Source of the DNA: Calditrichota bacterium
GTDB lineage: Bacteria; Calditrichota; Calditrichia; Calditrichales; J004
Assembly (NCBI GenBank): GCA_003696775.1
Contig: RFFS01000015.1
Coordinates: 10,386 to 74,385 of the forward strand
Reading direction: 5' to 3'
Length of the DNA stretch: 64,000 bases
In this document: one piece after another, positions 53,601-62,600 of the stretch
How positions within the stretch are numbered: the first letter of the stretch is position 1
Layout: each line of letters starts with the position of its first letter
The notes under the pieces: generated by a model
What the model saw: the letters and a program-made list of their open reading frames with translations, nothing else
Databases searched by the model: none
Told to the model about the DNA's origin: nothing
Program-made: the position numbers and the translations under genes

Positions 53601-56600
53601 TGTGGCGCCACGCAACGCCACGGAGGAAAAACTGGCGGCGGTTTACTGTAAGGTGCTATCCCTGGACAAGGTGGGCATTTTCAATAATTTTTTCGATCTG
53701 GGCGGTCATTCGTTGTTGGCCACTCAACTGGTTTCACGGGTGCGCGAAGCCTTTGATATGGATATTCCGTTACGCAATGTTTTCGAATACCCCACCGTGG
53801 CGGCCCTGGCCGAACATATCGAAATTGCACAGCGTGGCGCCACGACCGTGCAGGCGCCACCCATTCTCGCGGTATCCCGGCAACAAAAGCTGCCCCTATC
53901 CTTTGCCCAGCAACGTCTGTGGTTTCTGGAGGAATTGGAACCGGGCACATCGAATTACAATATTCCCGAATCGATCCGCGTGCGTGGTGATCTCGATCCC
54001 GATATACTGGAACGCTGCCTGAATACCATTATCCGGCGACATGAAAATCTGCGTACCAATTTCATCAGCCGCAATGGCGAACCGGTACTGATCATCCACA
54101 AAGAACGCACCATAAAGCTCGAGCGATTCGACCTGCGCGACCGTCCCCGGGAAGAAAGAGAAGCCGAAGCGTTGCAACGGGCCGCGGATTTTGCCCGCAC
54201 AGTGTTCAATCTGTCGGAAGGCCCCCTGTTGCGCGTGGGTATTATCCACATGGATACCCGTGAATATATCCTGCTCACCACCATCCACCATATTATCAGT
54301 GATGACTGGTCCAGTCAGGTTTTCATGCGTGAAATAGGCATATTGTACGAAGCCTTTTTACGCGATGAAGCATCCCCCCTGCCGCCTTTGCCCATTCAGT
54401 ACGCCGATTTTGCCCACTGGCAACAAACCTGGCTGTCCGGCGAGGTTCTACGGGAGCAAATCGATTTTTGGCGGCAATTGCTGGCCCACAGCTCGGATGT
54501 TTTGGAATTACCCACCGACCGGCCGCGGCCCAAAACGCCCACTCAGCGCGGCGATTACCTGACCTTCCGTTTCAGCACGGAAGAATCCGAACGGATCAAC
54601 ACATTCACCCGTGATCATAATGTGACGCCGTTTATGTTGCTTCTGTCCATCTTCCAAACCCTGCTCTATCGTTACAGCGGTCAGGAAAGTTTTAATATCG
54701 GTACGCCCATCGCCAACCGGAACCGGGCCGAAATCGAACCGTTAATCGGTTTTTTCGTCAACACACTCGTTTTACCGGCTCGTTTTGAAAACCGCCCCAC
54801 ATTTTTGCATGTGTTGGAACAAACCCGTGACACGTCCCTGAACGCCTTTGCTCATCAGGATGTGCCTTTCGAAAAAATCGTCGATGCCCTGCAGCCGGAA
54901 CGTTCCATGAGTCATACGCCCCTTTTCCAGGTGATGTTTGCCTTGCAAAACGCCGGTACGCCTGCCGGTAACAATCCGGACGCGGCCTTTGTACTCGAGC
55001 CTGTAGAGGCGCACAGTGGCATGTCCAAATTCGATCTGACTCTGTTCATGATTGAACAGGATAAACAATGGGCCGGTGCCTTTGAATTCGCCACCGATCT
55101 GTTTGATAAGGAAACCGTGGAACGCATGGCGGCCCATTTCAGAGCATTGACCAATGCCCTGATCAATCACCCCCATGTGTCGGTGGATGAAGTCCGTTTT
55201 ATCGATGATGAAGAACAGGATAAGCTGCTTAGAGGCTTCAATAGCCTTGCCAAACCCGTATTAAAACATGCGCATGTCATCGCCTTGCTGGAAGAACAGG
55301 CCGCACGTCACGCCGATCGTCCTTTTATACGTCAGGGCGACCTTGTGATCAGCTACGGTGCATTCAATCGCGAAGTCAACCGCTGGGCGCGTTATCTGAA
55401 CCAACAGGGCATCGGAGCCGGGCAACGGGTGGCGCTCTGTTTCCAACGTCGGCCGGAAATGTTAAGCGCCATGTTTGCCGTACTGAAATCCGGCGCGGCC
55501 TGGGTCCCCATCGATCCATCCTATCCCGTAGAACGGATCCGCTATATCGTGCAGGACGCCGATGTAGCCCTGATTTTATGTCACGATGCCACCCGTGCCT
55601 TGTTTGAAACGCTTGTGCCCGACGACAAAATGTGTAACATGTCCCGGGTGGATGTGACCCCGTTTGCCGACAGTAATCCGCAAATCGAAATCGATCCGCG
55701 GCAGGTGGCCTATATGATTTACACATCCGGTTCCACCGGCCGGCCCAAGGGTACGCTTATCCCACATGCCGGATTGATGCATTATCTTAACTGGACGGCA
55801 ATCGGTTATCCATTGGAACAGGGCAACGGATCGCTGCTACATGCCACAATCGCGTTTGACGCCACCATCACGGCGGTTTACACCCCGTTGATTCATGCTC
55901 AATGCCTTACCCTGGCCGGTGAAGAAGAAGGCCTGGAGGCGTTGTCGCGGGCCTTATTAACCTATCGGGATTTCAGCATCGTAAAAATCACACCGGCTCA
56001 TCTGGAATTACTTACCCATCAGATTCCGCCGGAAAAAGCGGCCGGTTTAACCCGTGCCTTTGTCATCGGCGGTGAAAACCTGACGGCCGACCAGATTTCT
56101 TTTTGGCAACGCCACGCGCCCGAAACCCATTTATATAACGAATACGGTCCCACGGAAACGGTGGTGGGCTGTGTTGTCTTCGACGCGCGGGACTACAAAG
56201 GTAGCGGATCGGTGCCAATTGGTCGTTCCATTCCCAATAGCCCGGTTTATGTGCTGGACAACCGCATGCAACCGGTTCCAATGGGGGTGCCGGGTGAACT
56301 TTACATCGGTGGCGCCGGCGTTTCGCACGGTTACCATAACCGCCCTGATTTAACGGCGGAGCGTTTTCTGCCCGATCCGTTCAGCGCACAACCGGGCGCG
56401 CGCATGTACAAAACCGGCGATATCGTCCGTTATGGAAACGACGGCCGCATGGTCTTTCTCGGCCGTGTGGATGATCAGGTCAAAATCCGCGGGTACCGCA
56501 TCGAACCTGGCGAAATCGAAGCCGTACTGGCCGCCCAACCGCAGGTTAAGGATGCAGTGGTGGTTGTGCATACGTCCGCCGGGGGCGATAAACGCCTTAC

Positions 56601-59600
56601 CGCCTATTGGGTACCCGCCGATGAAAAGGCCGCCTGGTCGGATATTCAGGCCGCTCTGAAAGCCGCCCTGCCGGAGTATATGATTCCCGCCTATCAGGTG
56701 GCGTTGGAGGAAATTCCGCTCACGGCCAACGGCAAGGTGGATCGCAAGTCCCTGCCCGCGCCACGCATGGAACGGGAGAGCCTTTCCCGACCGTATGAGG
56801 CCCCGCAAGGAGAGACCGAAACCCTGTTGGCCGCAATATGGCAGGAACTGCTCGGCGTGGAAAAAATCGGCCGCGATGACAACTTTTTTGAATTGGGCGG
56901 GCATTCTCTGCTGGCCACGCGTCTGATGGCCCGCCTGCGGGAATCCCTGGACAAGGAAGTGCCTCTGCGTCTGTTGTTTGAAGCCCCCACCCTGCGGGAA
57001 TTGGCCGGCCTGATCGACAGTGGCGCCCATCTGCAACAAGCGGACTGGCCACCGTTGCGTCCCATGGAACGCCCCGATCCTGTTCCCCTTTCCTTTTCCC
57101 AACAAAGATTGTGGTTTCTGGATCAGTTGAATCCGGGCAGCGCCCAATACAACATTCCCATGGCGGTCATTTGGCACGGCCCGCTTGATGAAGAGGCCCT
57201 GCGCCGCACCATCGGGCATATTGTCCAACGCCATGAAGCGCTGCGTACCACATTTGACGCCGATCAGGGCAAACCGTTTGTTGTTATTCACGAACAACTG
57301 GAACCGGATATTCAGTTCAGCGATCTTCGTAATTTGCCGGAAGCGGATCGGGAGCGCCAGGCGCGGCGCCTGACCAGGGAAAACGCCCTGCGCCCCTTTA
57401 ATCTGCAACAAGGTCCCCTGTTACGGCTGCACATCGCCAGGTTGGATGACCAACGTTATCTGCTTGCTCTGACCATGCATCACATTATCAGCGACGGATG
57501 GTCGGCCAATGTCTTGATGCGGGAAGTTCAGGAACTGTACACCGCCTATCACGGCAAACGGACACCTGATCTGCCGCCGTTGCCCATACAATTTACGGAC
57601 TACGCCATCTGGCAGCGATCCTGGCTAAAGGACGAACGGTTGGAAGAACAACTGGACTACTGGCGTCGAAAGATCGGAATGAACCCGCCGTATCTGGAGA
57701 TGCCGACGGATTTTGAACGCCCGGCCATGCAAACATTTAACGGCGCGGTGATGGAATACACCTTTTCCGTGGAAACGCTGCACAAATTAGAAGGCCTGGC
57801 CCGTCAAAACAACCACACCCTGTTTATGATAATGATGGCCGCCTGGAATGCGCTGTTGTTCAAGTACAGCGGTCAGGAGCTTTTTCTGGTGGGCACCCCC
57901 ACCGCCAACCGGCGCTTCCGGGAAACCGAACCCCTGATCGGCTTTTTTGTCAATACGCTGGCCCTGCGGGCCGATCTGGACGCCGACACGCCTTTTCATA
58001 AGGTGGTGGAACAGGTTAAGCAAAACCTGCTGGAAGCGCAGGCCCGCCAGGATGTACCCTTCGAGATGATTGTCGATGCCCTGGTTTCCACCCGCGACAT
58101 GAGTCGGTCACCCCTTTTTCAGGTAATGTTCGCTTACCAGAATAACCGGCAAACCGTATCCGGAGGACAGGACGAAGCGATACACATAACCCCTTTTGAA
58201 AGCGATGAACCGGTAGCCAAATTCGATCTGTCCCTGTCGGTGATTGAACATGACAATGGCGTCTCGGCCCAACTGGAATACAACACCGATTTGTACAGGG
58301 AAAGCACCGCCCGCCGGTTACTGGATCATTATGCCTTTCTGTTGCAACAAATTGCCGCGCATCCGCAAAAACCGGTCGGAGCCTATCCACTGGTCGATCT
58401 TTCAGAGGAAACATCCCTCCATGCACTGATGCGTGGCGCGCGCCATCCCTATCCGGATCATACAACCATTCATCGTTGGTTTGAAGAAACCGTCCGCCAA
58501 TACCCGGATCGGGAAGCTCTGCGTTACAACGGCCGGGGCCTTACCTTCGACGCCCTGAACCGACGCGCCAACCGTTTTGCCCGACATTTGATAAAAAAAG
58601 GCGTCCGGCCCGAACAATTGATCGGTATTTCCCTGGAACGTAGTCCGGAAATGGTGGTGGCCCTGTTGGCGGTACTAAAAGCCGGCGGTGTTTATGTACC
58701 CATCGATCCCGCTTACCCCGCCGAACGCATCCGATATATTTTTGAAGACGCGGGCATAACCATGTTACTGACCACCCAATCCGTGTGGCCGCTAATCAAA
58801 AACGCCCTGTCGCGGATCGAAATCAAAGAAACCGTATTGCTCGACGGACCCGTTCCGGAAGAATCCGAAACCAACCCCGACAGCCCGGTGCTACCGGGCA
58901 ATCTGGCCTATATGATTTACACCAGTGGCTCCACGGGGCTGCCCAAAGGCACCATGGTGCAACATCAGAGCTTGTGCAACCTGACCCGTTTTCAAATCAA
59001 GGATTTTCAATTGGAAGCCGGCAAGCGTTGCCTGCAATTTGCCAGCTTCAGTTTCGACGCCAGTGTATCGGAAATATTCACCACATTGATCAGCGGCGCT
59101 ACCCTAATTCTTGCGGATAAAGACGCGCTTTTACCCGGACAAGGTTTGGAAAATCTCCTGCGCGATGAAGCGGTAACTACCGTTACCCTGCCGCCCTCGG
59201 TCAGCGCGCTGTTAGACCCAGAAATGTTTCCGGGGCTGGAAACGCTGGTTTCCGCCGGGGAAGCCCTGCCACCGGAAACCGCCCGTCTTTGGCACACAGG
59301 CCGCCGACTGATTAACGCATACGGGCCGACGGAAAACACCGTCTGTGCCACCCGCCATGTGGTCACCCGGGCGCCGCAAGGTTCCACCGTTCCCATCGGC
59401 GTGCCCATAAATAATGTGGACGTGTATGTGCTGGATGCTTATCTCAATCCCACGCCACCCGGCGTACCCGGCGAACTTTACCTGTCGGGCGCCAGCCTGG
59501 CGCGCGGCTACCATAAGCGCCCCGGGTTAACGGCTGAACGCTTTCTACCCGATCCCTTTAGCACACAACCCGGCGCACGCATGTATAAAACCGGCGACAG

Positions 59601-62600
59601 AGTACGGCGCAACAACGACGGTGTGCTGGAATTTCTGGGCCGTGTTGATGACCAGGTAAAATTGCGCGGTTTCCGCATCGAACCCGGGGAAATCGCCCAT
59701 GTGCTTCGGCAATATCCGGGCATCAAAGACGCGCTGGTGCTGGTTCGGAATGACATGCTGATCGCTTATTATATTCCCACGGAAGAAAACGCGCCCAAAA
59801 CCAACACGTTACGGGACCACATGAAGGAACGTTTACCCGCTTATATGCAGCCCGGCGCCTACCAGGCCCTTTCCGTCTTTCCGCTGACGCCAAACGGTAA
59901 AGTGGACACCCGTGCCCTGCCCGTCCCCGATCACTCGGACGCCGATGCCGGACGTCCGTATGTGGCACCGCGTAATGAGGATGAAGCTGCCATGCACGCC
60001 ATCTGGTGCGCACTGCTTAAACGTGAAAAGATCAGCATCCATGATAATTTCTTTGAAATCGGCGGCCATTCCCTGCTGGCCACCCAGTTAATTAGCCGTG
60101 TGCGCGATCACTTCCAAACCGAGGCGGATGTCCGGTTGCTGTTCGAAGCGCCGACCATCAGCGCCTTCACTCTGCGGGTATTGCATAACGCCGCCGCAAC
60201 AGCCGGCAACACTTTACCGCTGGTGCCCGTGGATCGATCCCGGGAACTGCCGCTCTCCTTTGCCCAGCAACGCTTGTGGTTCCTCGATCAACTGGCTCCG
60301 GACCAGGCCTTTTATAACATCCCGGCATCCCTGCGTCATCGCGGTAAAATCAACCTGAAAGCCTTTCGTCAAACCGTGGAAGCGCTGATTATGCGCCATG
60401 AATCCCTGCGTACCACCTTCAGCGCACGGGACGGCCGTCCTTATCAGATTATTCACCCCGCGCCCCTGTCGGAAGTGGATGTCATCGATCTGCGCCATAT
60501 TGAGGCGGAAAACCGGGAAGATGAAGCCCAACGTCTGGTGGATGAAGAAGCCAACGAACCCTTTGACCTGGAACTGGGCCCCCTGTTCCGTTCCAGGGTA
60601 ATCATTCTGGCGCCAGACGATCATATCGTGTTGTTCACCATGCACCATATCATTTCCGATGGCTGGTCGGTGGGCATCCTGGTGCGGGAATTTACCGTAT
60701 TGTACGAGCATTTCGCCCATAACAGTCCCAATATTTTGCCACCGTTGCCCATCCAATACGCGGATTATGCCGCCTGGCAACGGGCGTGGTTAAAGGATGA
60801 CGTCCTGCAAAGGCAAATCGATTACTGGAAAAACCGTCTGGGTATGAATCCGCCTCCGTTGCAACTACCACTCGATTTTCCGCGTCCGGCTGTGCAAACC
60901 TTTAACGGCGACAGCATTCTTTATACCGTTGATCCGGAAATTATGGAGGCGTTGAATATCTACAGCCGGGAACAGGGTGTTACCCTTTTTATGACCCTGC
61001 TCACCGCCTTTCAGGCCCTGTTACATTTTTACAGCGCGCAGGAAACGATACTGGTCGGTTCGCCCATCGCCAACCGCACGCGTTCCGAAACGGAAGCCCT
61101 GATCGGCTTTTTTGTCAACACCCTGGTGTTCCGGGCCGATATCGACAGGAAGCTCTCCTTTGATCAACTGCTGAGCGAAACACGCCGCCATACCCTGTCC
61201 GCCTACGCTCATCAGGATTTACCGTTTGAGCAACTGGTGGAAATCCTTCAGCCGGAAAGGGACATGAGCCACTCACCCATTTTTCAGGTGATGTTTGTCA
61301 TGCAAAACACGCCCAGCGGCGAAGTGGATATGAAAGACAGCCGCATACGCCCCATCGAAGCGCGACAAAAAATCGCCAAATACGATCTGTCCTGCGTGGC
61401 GATGGAAAGCACGCAGGGGCTTTTGATCGACTTCGAATTCAATACCGACCTGTTCCGTCCGGCTACCATTCGCGCCATGCAGCATCATTTTGATATGTTG
61501 CTGCGGCAAATCATCGAGCGGCATGCCCGGCCGCTGAGCAGTTATCATTTGGTTAGCCCGGAAGCGCGGGAACGCGTGTTGCAACACGGCATGGGCACCG
61601 TCCATCCCGAACCGGGACAACCTCTTATACAACATCTGTTCGAACAAACCGTTTTGCGCTATCCGGAACAAACCGCCGTCGTATTCAACGATCAGTCGAT
61701 CACATTCCGTGAATTGAACATGCGCGCCAACCGTCTGGCCCGTTATCTTCGGGATCAGGGAGTCAAAGCGGAACAACGGGTGGCCATTTCCGTGCCCCGT
61801 TCACTGGAAATGGTCATTGGCTTACTGGCCATCATCAAAGCCGGCGGCGTTTATGTTCCCGTGGATCCGGATTACCCGGAAGAACGCGTCCGTTATATTC
61901 TTGAAGATGCCGGCAGTCCCTGGCTGTTAACCACAAGCGCCCTGCGTGCACGGCATGACAACTTATCCGTTCAAGCCCTGCTCCTGGACGAACCGTTGCC
62001 CGCGGAATACACACAACAAACAGACAATCCGCAACCGGTGAATACACCGGACCATCTGGCTTACATCATCTATACCAGCGGTTCCACCGGCCGTCCCAAA
62101 GGCACCATGCTGCATCATCGCGGCTTGTGCAACCTGACCCTGCGTCAGATAGAAGATTTTGAACTGACGCCGCAAAGCCGTTGCCTGCAGTTCGCCAGTT
62201 TCAGTTTCGATGCCTCCGTTTCGGAGATTTTTACCACCTTGATAAGCGGCGCCGCGCTTTATCTGATGAGCCGTGAGGTCCAAACATCCATGAGCAAACT
62301 GGCCGGTCTGCTGCGTGACGCGCGCATCACCACCGTCACCCTGCCGCCCTCGGTTTTATCTCTCTTGCGTGAGGAGCCCCTGCCGGATATGCATACCGTC
62401 GTATCCGCGGGCGAGGCGCTGGCTCCCGACCTGGCCGCCCACTGGTCGGCGAAATGTCGCCTGATCAATGCATACGGCCCAACGGAAAACACCGTGTGCG
62501 CCAGCCGATATGTAGTGCCGCCGGATGAAAAAGCCTCCGCCACCGTGCCCATTGGCCAGGCCCTGGGCAATGGGCGTCTTTACGTGCTCGATGAACAGAT

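Noticed and set aside
56350-57411. 353-aa minus-strand ORF, the longest unexplained ORF in the track
   Set aside because: It lies entirely antisense to a + strand region that encodes clear A10/T/C motifs (NGKVDRKSLP, FFELGGHSLLATRL, LSFSQQRLWFLDQ). Its translation is low-complexity (Gly/Gln/Arg-rich) with no recognisable motif. It is a shadow ORF of the unlisted NRPS gene.
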